This document shows positions 41,796-56,215 of a DNA stretch of 64,000 nucleotides, piece after piece (positions within the stretch are counted from its first letter, which is position 1; every line of letters starts with the position of its first letter). A program made the position numbers and the translations under genes. The stretch is from Eledone cirrhosa. Lineage: Eukaryota. The stretch is from the NCBI GenBank assembly GCA_964016885.1, contig OZ024750.1, forward strand, positions 1,116,001-1,180,000. The letters run 5' to 3'. The notes under the pieces were generated by a model. The model searched no databases. It saw only the letters and a list, made by a program, of their open reading frames with translations, and was not told the DNA's origin.

Positions 41796-44136
41796 TAGAT
41801 AGATAACGAAGGAGTTGTGGTAAGGAACCAGATGGAATATAACGCACCAGAGTACTCAATACTTAGGGTAGTTTTTATATATATATAGATAGATAGTTAG
41901 ATACATATATATATATCAGGGGCGGTGGAAATGGGGAGGCCAGGGGGGCGGTAATGCCGCCCCCCCATAATTATATTTTCTCCCCAAACTACAAAAACAC
42001 ACATCTATTTGGATATGTGCTACAATTTATGTACAATGATATATTTATCGCATATCGAAGTTTTCTGACCATTTTAGAGTGCAGAGCTAAACAAATCACT
42101 ACAACTAAATTGTCAAAATGTAGCCCTCGCAACAATTCAGAAATATATATATATATATGTTTTATTAAGCAAACGTAGGGAGTGCTTAATATTTGTGTTA
42201 AAAGTATGAAATGTCGACTGATTTTCATTAATAGGCCGACACATTATCAACTGGTACAGCTGCGGCTCTTAGTTTCTATAAAGGAAGCTACTACTCAACA
42301 GTGTTAGTTGGTGACAGATCTAGCAACATAGAGTTAGGACGATCTGGAATAAATATCTTAACGTGTCAAGTTTAGCACCTATTAAACTAGGAACTACTTT
42401 GAATTATATCAATCCTACGTTAATTCAGTGCCTTCTAATAATATATTATTATAGTCACGCCAATCAAATATATTCTATTGCGTTTAGAATGGAAGGTGTT
42501 TGCTTCTCTGGTGGAAAAAAAGGACAAAATAAAACCAAAACAAAACGAAGCCAGAAACGTCACCAACAAAATAAATTATATAAAGGCTGTCTATAAGTAA
42601 ACTAACTCATAAATATTTACTTCTACACGTTTATGAATATGTGGGCATGTATTATTGGCAACGGCACATACATTAGATTATCGAATATAATTCGATAACT
42701 TCGGCTGTATTGTAAAGTCACATTTAAAGAAATTCGAATAACACTACAAATGAAGGAAAGTAACGGCCATTATTTTGAGGTATTCAGAGTTGTTGGGGGT
42801 CAATATAACAATTGTAATGCATTGATTTATAGCAACTAACACTCTTAAGTGATTCAACTTATGTGAGAATATTCTTACTTCCTTCCTTTCTTTCTTTCCT
42901 TCTTTCCTTCTCACTTTCTATATTTTTCTTTCTTTGCTTGTTTGTTTGTATGTTTGTTTCTTTCTTTCTTCTATATCGTAATTTGTGAACAATAGCGTCG
43001 GTGTTTACACATGTCAGAGCTGGCCACAGGTTTCTCTATCTCTATCTCTACCAGTGTATATATAGTTATTACACACTAAACATCTGGAATGTTTTAAATA
43101 TTTTTATACTTCCATTAATGGACTGTACATGGAATTTCCAGTCAGTGGTTCATTTGATTTCTGGTGGCGAGAATGGCGGCGGAACGTCTGCAACTCGGTG
43201 GAAGTCGTTGGAAAAAAACAAACTTTTTTGTTCTTAATTACATCCTTAGCCGCTACACAGCGAAAGTTATACATACGCATGCGCACAAATATAGTGTATG
43301 TATAAAAACGTATGTATGGATGGATATATGTATGCATGTGTGTATGTATGCATGCATGCGCGCGCGTGTGTTAGTGTGTGTGTGTGTGTGTATTTATGTA
43401 TGTATGTATGTGACATCAAAACAGGCTTCCATCTTTTCTGCTTACTAAATCCCAAGACATCAAAATCTACTGATTACGACAAGACTAGACACTTCCACAA
43501 TTTCCACACAGTTATTGACTTCGAAACCATGTGATTTTAAAGAAGCCAATTTAACTAACAAGCAAGGTATTCAAAGCTAATACTGTGCTTAAATGAAATA
43601 TAATTTTCTTGAATAAACATCTCTTCGAAAATATTTATTATATCTGCTTGACAAATTCAAGAGTATATTAATTATTTAAAGTGTGTACCTGATACATAGT
43701 GGAGAGTCCTATTAATTTTGCGATTGGAAGATCAAACTTCTATGCACCTGTCATCAAGTAGACATTATAATATCTTTAAAAGCATTATATTCTAACCCTA
43801 TCGAAGCTCAGACACACATTAGAATGGTGTTAGAGCAGATTATAAGACTGATAGATAAATCACGGTATAGTAGTATTAGGAATTATCTAAAATATCTTAT
43901 AACATAATACTAGTGTCTACTATATATCTGAGACATATAGTGAACAATAGAGTGGAGCTTGGAAACATTTCAGTGTCTCATAATCAAACATCATGTGTGT
44001 GCAGACAATGAAACGTTTGCATGACAAGCTGAGATGCTTTTTATTTATTGTATTCCTGAAATAATATTTGTTTTAGAGAAGATAGCAAAAAGTGGATGTT
44101 GTAGTTAGTAAACCTGCGGAGTTACTCAATATATTG

Positions 44137-44170
<34 letters not shown>

Positions 44171-44555
44171 GTACGACACAAGATTCCTTTCTCTAATAGA
44201 AAGGGAATTTAAGACATTCATAATATATATACGATGAATAGAGTGAGAAAGAGAGAAAACACAGAAAAACGGAGACAGAGAGAGTGAAAGATGGAAAGAG
44301 ATAGAGAGAATGAGTAAGAGATACAGAAAGGTAAGGAAGAAATAGAAAGAATATTGTGAAAAACAAGTATGGGTGTAGAAGAGAGAGTGTGTTAGAGAAA
44401 GCATAACCGAATAAGTGCAAAGGGGAGATAAGCAATATACAAAATTTGGGGTTGACTGTGATGGTGGTAAAGGTTTATATATCTTATAGCAAACAGGTTT
44501 ATCAAGAGGAATGACAGTTAACAAAGTGTTTCAGGATTCAATACATATATATATA

Positions 44556-44718
44556 TGGACCATAACGCACCAAAGTACTCAATACTTAGGGTAGTAGAGT
44601 GGGTAATAGGAACGAGTAGGACCCCGACGACTGAGCTCAAGCCGTTTCGACGGCTAATTCTGGACTCAGAATTAGCCGTCGAAACGGCTTGAGCTCAGCC
44701 GTCGGGGTCCTACTCGTT

Positions 44719-44723
<5 letters not shown>
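44556..44723. mobile_element. Fold-back element family A copy
   Basis: Same leader (5'-shortened); palindrome centred on GACT at ~44663-44666; between TA runs. Confidence 0.85.
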
Positions 44724-44767
<44 letters not shown>

Positions 44768-44797
44768 AAAATGTGTGAGATCCTTCGTACAGTTAGG

Positions 44798-44963
44798 TAT
44801 ATTTGAAAAAAAAGGAAAAGAATGACTTCACTTGTAGTTCTAAATAATTTGATTTAATTTTATAATATTATAATATTATATTCAACTCACAATATTATAA
44901 TATTATAAAATTAAATCAAATTATTTAGAACTACAAGTGAAGTCCTTTTCTTCCTTTTTTTTT

Positions 44964-44970
<7 letters not shown>
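44798..44970. repeat. ~80-bp-arm palindrome between TA runs
   Basis: TATATTTGAAAAAAAAGGAAAAGAATGACTTCACTTGTAGTTCTAAATAATTTG... mirrored after a short loop at ~44880-44890. Confidence 0.85.
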
Positions 44971-45048
<78 letters not shown>

Positions 45049-45464
45049 GTATATATATATATTCTATTTTTTTTTTACTTTGAAGTGATGTGCATATATA
45101 AATAAATAGTGCTAAGTATGGTATAGAAGAAGGTGCCATAAATAAAGGGACGACAGGGTATTGACTTCAGAACGACAGGGTGGTGCCAATTTCACAGCGA
45201 CAATAGGGTTGTGACTGTTTTTCACTTATGTACTTACAGCAAGACTTGGCCGCGCCCGCCACTTAATAGAGTTGGATCGTTCTCTCGGCGAGACCTAGGT
45301 AAAATATAAGCCACATATTAATGGAATATTTCTTTGTACAATAATATCCAGGTGGCTATTTTTTATTCAGAATAGATTCAATATTTTTCAGAAACACACT
45401 CGTCACTTTCTGCTTAATGAAACAAATATGTAAATAAATAACAACAATAATAAAAAAACGATGA

Positions 45465-45561
<97 letters not shown>

Positions 45562-45806
45562 GTATATATATGTATATATGTGTGTATGTATATATATGTA
45601 TATATATGTATATATATGTATATGTATATATATGTATATATATGTGTATATATATATATGTATATATATATGCATATATATATGTATATATATATGTGTA
45701 TATATATATGTATATATATATATGTATATATATATATGTGTGTATATATATATATGTATATATATATATATGTATATTTATATATATGTATATATATATA
45801 TATGTG

Positions 45807-45837
<31 letters not shown>

Positions 45838-46014
45838 GTATATATATATATGTATATATATATATGTATATATATATATGTATATATATATATGTGTATA
45901 TATATATATATATGTATATATATATGTATATATATATATGTATATATATATATGTATATATATATATGTGTATATATATATATATATGTATATATATATG
46001 TATATATATATATG

Positions 46015-46045
<31 letters not shown>

Positions 46046-46068
46046 CTATATATATATATGTATGTATA

Positions 46069-46153
<85 letters not shown>

Positions 46154-46239
46154 GTAGGAGGTGAGTTTTATTGTAGTACATTAAAACAATGCAGATATCG
46201 GATAAGTAGCACTCTACAGTTTGTAGGACTGGAGTATAA

Positions 46240-46677
46240 ATAATATATAAGATCAAAAGATGGTTAAAAGAGTTCCATGTATTTTATTATGCGCATTTCA
46301 AAAACAAATATCATGCGATGACATTTGCGTTTTCGTCAGATAAAATAGGGAGACATGATATGAAGGTTAAAAAACACTTGTGAATAGTGCAGTTTTAAAT
46401 CAACATATGAAAAGTAGTTTTAGATTGATGTGTGATATTTGGGAAAAAATTGAGGGGTGGGGGTTGGGGGGTTGGGAAGGATGAAAAAGAGGAGGAGATG
46501 AGAGTAAAGAATGGAGGGGGAGGAGTATAATAAGGAAGTGTTTTTTAACCTTCATATCATGTCTCCCTATTTTATCTGACGAAAACGCAAATGTCATCGC
46601 ATGATGATATTTTTTTTGAAATGCGCATAATAAAATACATGGAACTCTTTTAACCATCTTTTGATCTTATATATTAT
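46240..46677. mobile_element. (TA)n-embedded element with ~140-bp inverted repeats
   Basis: 46240-46379 is a near-perfect reverse complement of 46536-46677; G-rich spacer. Confidence 0.8.
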
Positions 46678-46764
46678 ATATGTATATATATATATATATG
46701 TATATATATATGTATATATATATATATATGTATATATATATTTATATATATGTATATATATATG

Positions 46765-46799
<35 letters not shown>

Positions 46800-46860
46800 G
46801 TATATCTATATATCTATATTTATATATATATGTATATATATATATATGTATATATATATG

Positions 46861-46907
<47 letters not shown>

Positions 46908-46968
46908 GTATATTTATATATATGTGTATATATATATATATATGTATATTTATATATATGTGTATATA

Positions 46969-47018
<50 letters not shown>

Positions 47019-47022
<4 letters not shown>

Positions 47023-47219
47023 GAAGGAAATGTGGTAAGGAACCAGGTGGACCATAACACACCAAAGTACTCAATACTTAGGGTAGTAGAGTGGGTAATA
47101 GGAACGAGTAGGACCCCGACGGCTGAGCTCAAGCCGTTTCGACGGCTAATTCTGGACTGATTTAGTCCAGAATTAGTCGTCGAAACGGCTTGAGCTCAGC
47201 CGTCGGGGTCCTACTCGTT

Positions 47220-47222
<3 letters not shown>
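47019..47222. mobile_element. (TA)n-flanked fold-back element, family A (also 19498-19695, 44556-44723; partial copies 41804-41871, 61299-61400)
   Basis: Shared ~80-bp unique leader, then a ~55-bp near-perfect palindrome GAACGAGTAGGACCCCGACGGCTGAGCTCAAGCCGTTTCGACGGCTAATTCTGGACT plus its reverse complement. Confidence 0.85.
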
Positions 47223-47297
<75 letters not shown>

Positions 47298-47904
47298 TAA
47301 GTTTATCCCGGGTTCAATCGGAGGTAATCACAGTAAGGTACTCAATACAAAGCAGATGTACTCTCCTACCATAAGAAAAGATATAAATACCACCATATTA
47401 CTTGGACAGTTAGCTGTATATATACACATTTTTTTCATTATTTTACTGGTTTGATTAATTAGACTGTTGGAGTATTACCTTCAAGAGTTTTAATCAATCA
47501 CATCGATCCCAGTATTTATTTTCAATCGCCAAGTTACAGGATATAACTGGACTACACACACACACACACACACAGAATCACACATACATCTATAAAGAGT
47601 AGCAGACAGCATCACATTAAAATAAAGCAATATATAAGCATAACGCTTAAAATCAAAGATTAAAAATGGTTTCACGTTTCGGAAGGTAGTCTTTCATCTG
47701 AAAGGAAAACAAACAGAAAGAAGAAAAGAACAGACGAAAAAAAAAAAAAAAAAGAAAGTAGAACGAGTACGTGTCGTCAAATAGCAGCTATGTTAGACAA
47801 ATAGTGTAAAAGAGAGGGCTGAACACGATATTAGCCTTAGAGAGGGCGGAAGGGAGTTAATACGACTGGTTTAAAAATATTTGGAGTGTGTTTCGGCTTA
47901 TCAG

Positions 47905-48102
47905 TGTAGGAGCGTAAAAGTTCATAGGCTGAAAGGTTGAATAGCTGACCAAGATACTCTCACGGAACGACCAAATGAGGTTTCTTTTTCTACCTAGTTC
48001 CTGAGAAGAAAATGAAGTTATTTATAAGAAGAGTTGAAATTAATGCATGCAAAATTTCACAGCTCTAGCATCACTCCTTCATAGTTTCAGCCGACCATCG
48101 TA
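47905..48102 (-). mobile_element. Mariner-type MITE copy
   Basis: AAAAGTTCATAGGCTG...GATACTCTC...CAGCCGACCATCGTA. Confidence 0.75.
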
Positions 48103-48799
48103 TGTGTATGCCTGTCTATGGACATGTAAGAGAAAAGAGTAACGTGTCATACAACAACAACGAAACAAGAAGGGATATAGACAATTGCGAAAACAATGAA
48201 TATTTAATCTAAAGAAAACACAGATAGAAACGTAGGAATGTATTGGTAAATGTTGGCACAGAACACCAATACTGTTGTGTTATGTAGAATGGTAACACAC
48301 TGTTGCACATTGGCTTGTTGATGGCTCTCATATATGTTAGAGATAGATGATGAGAATATGGATGAAAGAATGAGTTGTAAAAGAATATATATATATACTA
48401 CAGCTAGAACAAGGAATATATATATATAGAACACACAATCGAACATGACTTTGTAGTATGTACCATGCTTTCACTAAGTGTTTTAAGTACTCATGCAGTC
48501 ACGACCACACGCAGACACCATCTCGACCCGTCCTCGATCCAGTGGAACATCCAGAATTTGGAAGGAGAGAGAGGGCAGAATCAGAACTGGGCTGCTACTT
48601 TATTTATCAAAAGGATAAAAGTAATGTGAACTTTGGTGAGACTTTGGTGAAACTTTGGTGAGACTTTGGTGAGATTTTGGCTCCAAATTTCAAGTTTGTG
48701 TAGCATATGCCTTAACTAATTTTGAACGAATTGGTTATTTACATAAGACATTTTAAAGCCGGATTTACCAAAGTGATCAATCGAAATGTACAGATGACT

Positions 48800-48940
48800 G
48801 AAAAATCGCTAGATATCGACACGGGATGGTCCTTGGCTGAAAGTTTTCGGGCCAAGTCTCCGGTTTGAGGATATCTTCCACCTTTTCCCTTACAAATCTT
48901 AGATGACCTGTAAATATTCGTGGACACAGTCCTTCTCATT
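48800..48940 (-). pseudogene. Possible decayed LINE (CR1/L2/Jockey-group) ORF1 C-terminal fragment
   Basis: YRSSKIC..., then (frameshifted) EKVEDILKPETWPEN, resembling the S-F-K-[IV]...L-x-P-x-x-W-P motif of such ORF1s. Confidence 0.35.
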
Positions 48941-51900
48941 CTGACAAAACAGTTAAAATCATTCTCAGAGTCGACAGAGAGTCTACAAAGCTTATGGTGT
49001 TGAACAACTTTGAATTAAAATGTTTCAAATTTATAAACGCAAGAAAAGCTGCCAAAGCCAAAACAGTCTTTGCGCGTCATAACTATGACGTATATCTTTT
49101 CTACAAGATATCTTATCTCTATAGTTCGTTTCTATATTGAACTTTAACTGATTCCCCACCTACCGCTTAACTTCCATATAAACTAATGACTTTCTGCGCG
49201 TTCTTTTTTATTTATCTCAGCACCGTGGATATCTGCTTCCACCCCTTAAACTTCTTAAACTCTTTCTTGTTTTCTTTCCTTTCCTCATCGTTTGCCTTGA
49301 TTCTTCTTATCTCTCATCCTTCAGTCAAACTTTACAAAAAACATCTAACACAGAATTATAAGCAGCATTTCTGAAGCGATCATATCGATAAAACACATTT
49401 ATAAACCTGTAAAGTATTGTGTAAATAATGTTATTTAACTCCACTTATACTACTTATAATGTACCAGTGACAACAAATATGTTCATCTAAAATATATTGG
49501 AAATGATAACAGTCAAAATATAGTAAAGTTTTAAATACAGTTATTTGCTCGTATAATACGGACGTGTTTCTTTCTAATTTTAAAAATTAAACGAACTATT
49601 AAACTATGGTATTTTGGTTATGTGATCAAGGCCCAATATTTGACTGAACACAATGGTGATAGTGTTACCACGTAGTAGGATCAGCTATTTCACCCCACGA
49701 GGATCTTTCCTCAAGCATCATACAACCATTATGATTTGGTGGAGGAAACCTGCAGTCCAGGGACCCAGGAGAGAGGAAGTTTCAATGGTGACGAATACAA
49801 AAAGAATTGGTCAACCAATGTCTGGTATTTAAACAGTATTTCTGAAGAGAATGTTGATAAGATAAATTAAGAAACCTAAAAACTCGTGTATAAATAAATT
49901 AATGTAATCCAACTCTACTTCTAATGCACCTATACCATAATGACGGCGAATGTCTTTATTTAATTTAAATGTATTGAACATGATGATAGAACAGAGTTGA
50001 AATCTAATAAACGACATTTACACGTATTTCTAAATACAATTATTTACTCTTACAATACGAATTCCTGTCGTCCATTTCCCATAATTTGGACATTAAGAGG
50101 TCTTCTATACAATGTACCTTCAGTTTTTAGTTGAATTCTTTTTGATGTTCTTTCTTACATAACTCCCCTCATGATATTTGCTTCTCCCACAGTTTAGTTT
50201 CAATATCTGAACGATACCTCTCTGATATATATCCCTCAGTTTTACATTCCTTCAATTTATTACTTCCTCGGGTTCATTTTGGAGTCTCCAAGTTTCTCAA
50301 TTGCACCCTTTTTTGCGTATGTTCGTTCTTTCAAAGCACTGGAATATCCTCGTCTATTTATCTCTCTTCTTGTTTCTAACTGTTCTTAGTACAAGCCTGA
50401 TCGATACCTTCGAACTTATTTCCTCGCTAATCTTTTTTCCTTTCAAGGGGAATCTTTATGAATTGGAAATAGAAAAACAAATCAGTTTTTGCTTTTGTTC
50501 GCGAAAAATTTGCTTAAATATATTTAGTACATAACAGAAAAACGACATAACATGACCTAATATAATAACATTAACTGACAAACAACTTAATATTGTTTTT
50601 TACTCGGGTCTGTCCATTATGTTTCAAGTGAACTTTAGGTTAATTTTGAAAAAGAAATAAATTAGTTCATAGAAATACATTCTTCAAAACGAGTTTATAT
50701 CTGTTTCTGAATTGTTAAATACTTAGATGAATGTGTGTATCCGTATGTATGAATGCATGTGTGTTTGTGCGTGTCTTCGCGAGAGTCTGTGTGTGTGTGT
50801 ATATGTGTATATGTGTGTGCATATGAGCGAGCATGTGTGAGTGTGCGTACGTGTGTGCCCGTGTGTGTACGTGTGCGTGTGGTTTTGATATATGTTATTT
50901 CAAAAAAGGAAGAATTATCTATTTAAATAGGTAATTGATTGCAGCTGTAATAACTCAACTCGAGTAAAAATAATAATTTCAAGTAGAATTTGGTAGAAAG
51001 TTTCTTGCTGGAACTTATGACACTTTTTTCATAGCTGTGTAGAAGAAAGGGATTTACTTGTTCTACGCCTAAAATTCGTAGACAACACTAATAGAATTTG
51101 GAAAGAATTTCCTGCTGGACTTTATAAAATTTTCATAGAATGATGGAATGTAGTTATTCCGTTACACTGAAAATACCGTTATTGGACTCTTAGTATTTTT
51201 GAATTGATTATTGTAAAGTATAGACACAGTGATAAATGTAAGACTGGATATGTCATGGATAGATACAGAGATAGTAAAAGCGTGAATAGAAAGTTGGTTG
51301 AGAATTGCTGCTCAAGCTCTGCCGAAGAGGAAAATACGGTTTTAGTGCCATGAGAAATTTTACATATAGATTAACGACTTAGTAACATATTCGAAAGAAA
51401 TTTTCTAAAGTAATCCATTTTGTTTTTAAAATCTAGCTGAATTCTTTGGGGATTGCGATAAATGTCGATACTTTATTAAAGAATTCAATTTACCTATAGT
51501 TTTGTCGTAGGCTATTTGATAGTACGTTTGGTAATATCCTTGTTTCAGGTCCATATAATAAAGTGAACCATACGTAACAATTACTAATCTTGTTCTGATT
51601 TCGGTTTCAAATAACTTTCTTCATTTCGCAATCCTTCTTTTATATTCCTGCATCATATTTCCCATTTCTGAGTGTATATATATCCATATATCCTACATCA
51701 TATTTCCCCTTTCTGAATATATATATATATATATAGCCATGGTATGTTATCTTTGGTGTCTATTCAATTAACTTTCCTTCATTTGTAATATTTAATTTTA
51801 CTGACTGTTGTTTCGTTTTGATTATCATTCATTTTTCTTTCTTAACATTAATTTCCATTTCATAAGAGATTCTTTTCTCAGTTATTGTAATTACAAGGCT

Positions 51901-52490
51901 CTGTAGGTAATCGTTGTTGGAGATTAATAATGCAATGTATGGTCCAGTCAACGTAGCTGATACATGAACATTAATAATCAAATAGATTACAAGTCTTTAG
52001 ATGTGGGCATAAAGAAAATTCTGGAAGATAACATTGACAAGAAGACAAAACCAACGGTGAAGTATGGAAAATGGTAAAAACTAAGAAAATATTCTGAGAA
52101 AGCATCGAAAAGAGGAATATAAAATAAATATTACGGATATCTAATTAGAAAATATAAAGATGGTTACTAGAGAATATTAATACAAAGCAAAATAGATGGG
52201 AAAAAGAAGTAGAAAGAGATCAAGATTTACGTGAATGAGTACAATAATAAACCAGAGAGGCTTGAAATAGAGGGAAAATATAGGAAGAGCAAAAATATTA
52301 GGGCAATCCATGGTATTTAACCAGCTGCGAGAACTCGATGGATCATGATAGGACTTTTTAAAAGGGCAACATGGCTGCGCTGGTGTGTTTATTTGTTTGT
52401 TATTATTTGTGATACCCACACAGACAATTCCATATATGGAGGGCACATGTTAATATGTTAATATCTATCCATATACTTTCGAAATCAGTA

Positions 52491-52540
<50 letters not shown>

Positions 52541-52630
52541 TATACACATATTTGTTTCCAGTCCCGCAATCGAACCCACGACATTATAATCTTAGGTCCA
52601 ACACCTTTACCACTAGGCCACGCGCCTCCA

Positions 52631-52741
<111 letters not shown>

Positions 52742-52971
52742 CTACATACATCACTAGGCTACATGCCTCCACAAGTAAAAGTGACCCTACTACAAAAGAT
52801 TCCTACACTTAAGAAAGCAGATACTCCTACACAACAGTACACTAATACATCAATGGCAGCTGACAATCTGTGTAGAGTAATGTCTCCATTATGATAAATA
52901 TAGTGAAAACACAAAACTAGACAGCAGTATTTACACCTGTCCGCAGGAGCTAACATTATAACATACACAAC

Positions 52972-53153
52972 GGTGAATTGGCAGTATCGGTAGAGGGTCA
53001 GACGCCATGCATTCTAGCATAGTTATGTCCCTTTATGATCTGAGTTCAAATCTCGCCGAGGTTAACTTTGCCTTTCATCCTTAGGGGGTCGATAAAATAA
53101 AGTACCAGTAATGTACTGGGTAATTGCTGGCCTTGTGCCAAAAAGTAGAAACA
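52972..53153 (+). mobile_element. SINE copy with 17-bp TSD
   Basis: Same family; flanked by ATTATAACATACACAAC at 52955-52971 and 53154-53170. Confidence 0.85.
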
Positions 53154-53316
53154 ATTATAACATACACAACCAATGGTATACACAACATTATAACATACAC
53201 AACCAATGGTATACACAACTTTATAACATACACAACCAATGGTATACACAACTTTATAACATACACAACCAATGGTATACACAACTTTATAACATACACA
53301 ACCAATGGTATACACA
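53154..53316. repeat. 33-bp tandem repeat (about 5 copies) starting at the SINE 3' TSD
   Basis: TTATAACATACACAACCAATGGTATACACAAC(A/T) repeated. Confidence 0.9.
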
Positions 53317-53615
53317 ATCCGTATACAAATCTGAGAATCTATATATAGATACCAAACACAGAAAAACACAACATATACACACCGAAAACACGACATCCAC
53401 CTCTGATAAAACATTAACATACACAAAAAACATCTGCGTATATAGTTATTCCCCAAATAAGGTAAAAGACGATAACCCGACAAACCCATGACAAAGACAG
53501 ACATTTGCCATAGGGTGAAACATCTACAATAACACGCACAGTCTCCACAGCACCACAGACTTGTAAAATACAATTTTCGTTTGAGACTAATTTCTATCAC
53601 AGCTCCGATACTATA

Positions 53616-53850
53616 GGCATGTGGTTAGAATGTTTCAAGAAAGAATAGGTTGATAGATTTGACGGGCAAAACCAACTGGCAGGAGACCTCAAGGGTAGAT
53701 CCCGAGCAAGATGGTTGGATAACATCCATGACCTTGGCTGGTCTCGCTTGGGGATCCAGCCGGATCAATTAGAGACCGTTACTTCTGACAGGACCATCTG
53801 GAGGGAGTGCCCCCACGACCCCACAGATATTAAGTGGGCGAAACATTAAA
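53616..53850 (+). mobile_element. 3' fragment of an RTE-clade LINE
   Basis: Frameshifted translation gives HVVRM..ER...AKPTGRRPQGRSRARWLDNIHDLGWSRLG...DRTIWR, the typical RTE ORF C-terminus. Confidence 0.75.
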
Positions 53851-53985
53851 TATAACAGGTTTTGATTAGTATATCTATCTTATCAAACATTAAATATAAC
53901 AGGTTTTGATTAGTATATCTATCTTATCAAACATTAAATATAACAGGTTTTGATTAGTATATCTATCTTATCAAACATTAAATAT
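53841..53985. repeat. 44-bp tandem repeat (3 copies plus a partial) at the RTE fragment 3' end
   Basis: AAACATTAAATATAACAGGTTTTGATTAGTATATCTATCTTATC at 53841, 53885 and 53929. Confidence 0.9.
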
Positions 53986-54275
53986 TAATCGTATACTCTG
54001 TGAACATATTTTCTGTTTTTAATCAAGTGAATTCAGTTGAACCCTGACCTTTTGGCCTCTACTTCCACCTTCACCACTGTTATAAAGATGGATATATAAG
54101 AAATTTTGAGAATTCTTATATATTCAAACTACTCACAAAATATACTAAAAAGTGTTTCTTAATATTTAATAAGATTGATATAACAGCTTATATTTAATGT
54201 TATATTTATAAAGGTATCCTTTCTGTCAGATCAAAGAAAACAATCTTTAAATAAACTTCTGTGCCTTTTCACTCT

Positions 54276-54552
<277 letters not shown>

Positions 54553-54836
54553 ATGTGTGTGTATGTATGAATATATTTAAATATATGAGAAAATATATGA
54601 GAAAGAAATGGTTCTGGCAGTGTAATATTTTCTTTGAACCGCTAAGATAATTATAGTTTGACAGAGAGGAGAAACGCTATTGGGTGTAATCAATGTGTGA
54701 TATCTCAGAATACAACAGATACTAGACCTGATTATTTTTCAGTTCCTGTTCTCTCACTTTTCGTCGTCAGTGTGTATTATGTCTGATATAACGAATACTC
54801 CCCACTCGCACACAAACACAGAAGAGCACGCACCTG

Positions 54837-54896
<60 letters not shown>

Positions 54897-55047
54897 GCAT
54901 ACACACTCACACACCACTATAAACCTACGTTTTGGTAAATGATATTTTTTCACTGTACACTGATGATATAAATCTGGGATATCTGATATCCTATGGACAA
55001 AAAATACCTACATAAAGACTGTCTTGAAAAATAAACAGCATTTGGTC

Positions 55048-55541
55048 CACAAGGGCATTCTGGAAAGTCCATAGATTGACTATGAAGGAGTGATGCTAGA
55101 GCTGTGAAATCTAGCATGCAATAATTTCAACTCTGCTTATTAATAACTGCAATGTTTTTTTTTCTAGGGACTATGTTGAAAAATAAACCTCATTTGGTCA
55201 TTCCATGAGAGTATCTTGGTCAACCTATGAAGGAGTGATGCTAGAGCTGTGAAATCTAGCATGCAATGATTTCAACTCTTATTAATAACTGTATTGTTTC
55301 TTTCCAGGGACTATGGAGAAAAATAAACCTCATTTGCTCATTCCATGAGAGTATCTTAGTCAGCCTATGAAAGAGTGATGCTAGAGCTGTGAAATCGTGC
55401 ATGCATTAATTTTAACTCTGCATGCATTAATTTCAACTCTGTAATGTTTCTTTCCAGGGACTATGTTGAAAAATAAACCTCATTTGGTCATTCCATGAGA
55501 GTATCTTGGTCAGCCTATGAACTTTTCAGCCGTTCTTCGTA
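55048..55541 (+). mobile_element. Mariner-type MITE with its internal segment triplicated
   Basis: CTATGAAGGAGTGATGCTAGAGCTG...GAGAGTATCTTGGTCA recurs at ~55080, ~55225 and ~55365 between a single pair of TIRs. Confidence 0.8.
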
Positions 55542-56055
55542 CATTTTAATTTAGATTAAGTTTGTTCTATATTTCCTGTCTAAATATTTATCTCATAAGT
55601 AAGTTATTTTTGATAAGTGTTTAATCTTCATATCTTTCTCTGATTCGCTATTTCGTTTCATCGAAGACTATGGCGGCATTATTGAAATGATGTTCTTGAT
55701 ATTGGTTACCACAAGGATAGAATTATGTAAGTCAATAATCTCTGCTAATAGAACAACAACATCGCAACAATCTAGTTTAAAATGATAACTAACAAATGTT
55801 TATATAAATCCCCCAACTTCGATATTGATGAACATTATCCCTCACTCCATCTCTATATTCTTATTTACCAGAGCTTTATATTTATGAAGATGTTTGCAGT
55901 TCAAATATAAATGAACATCTTTCACAGTGAAATCCGTCGATCTGTTGTTTTTGCAACGCCACACGTTAATGGAGCTAAATAAAGTAAAATGATATTTATT
56001 TGGAATTTTTTCTTCTTGTTTTTCATCTCGATTTCCCCCAGTTCTATTTACTGTG

Positions 56056-56215
56056 GCAGGTGAATTGGCAGAATCATTAGAATGTCGTATAAAATGTTTT
56101 GCGGTATTTTTTAAGGCTCTCTGTACTTTGAGTTCAAATCCTGCCGAGGTCACCTTTGCTTTCATCCATTCGAGGTCAATAACAAAAAGTACCAGTCCAG
56201 TACAGGAGTTGATTC
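56056..56215 (+). mobile_element. Diverged SINE copy
   Basis: GGTGAATTGGCAGAATCATTAG...GAGTTCAAATCCTGCCGAGGTC...AAAGTACCAG. Confidence 0.75.

Noticed and set aside
47668-47702. Minus-strand CAGATGA...CGAAAC hammerhead-like motif
   Set aside because: Core mismatch and weak stems; too degenerate to call alone.
51950-52330. Purine-rich stretch resembling an RTE C-terminus (similar LINE-like decay at 1100-1680 and 32000-32870)
   Set aside because: Too degraded to recover diagnostic motifs by eye.
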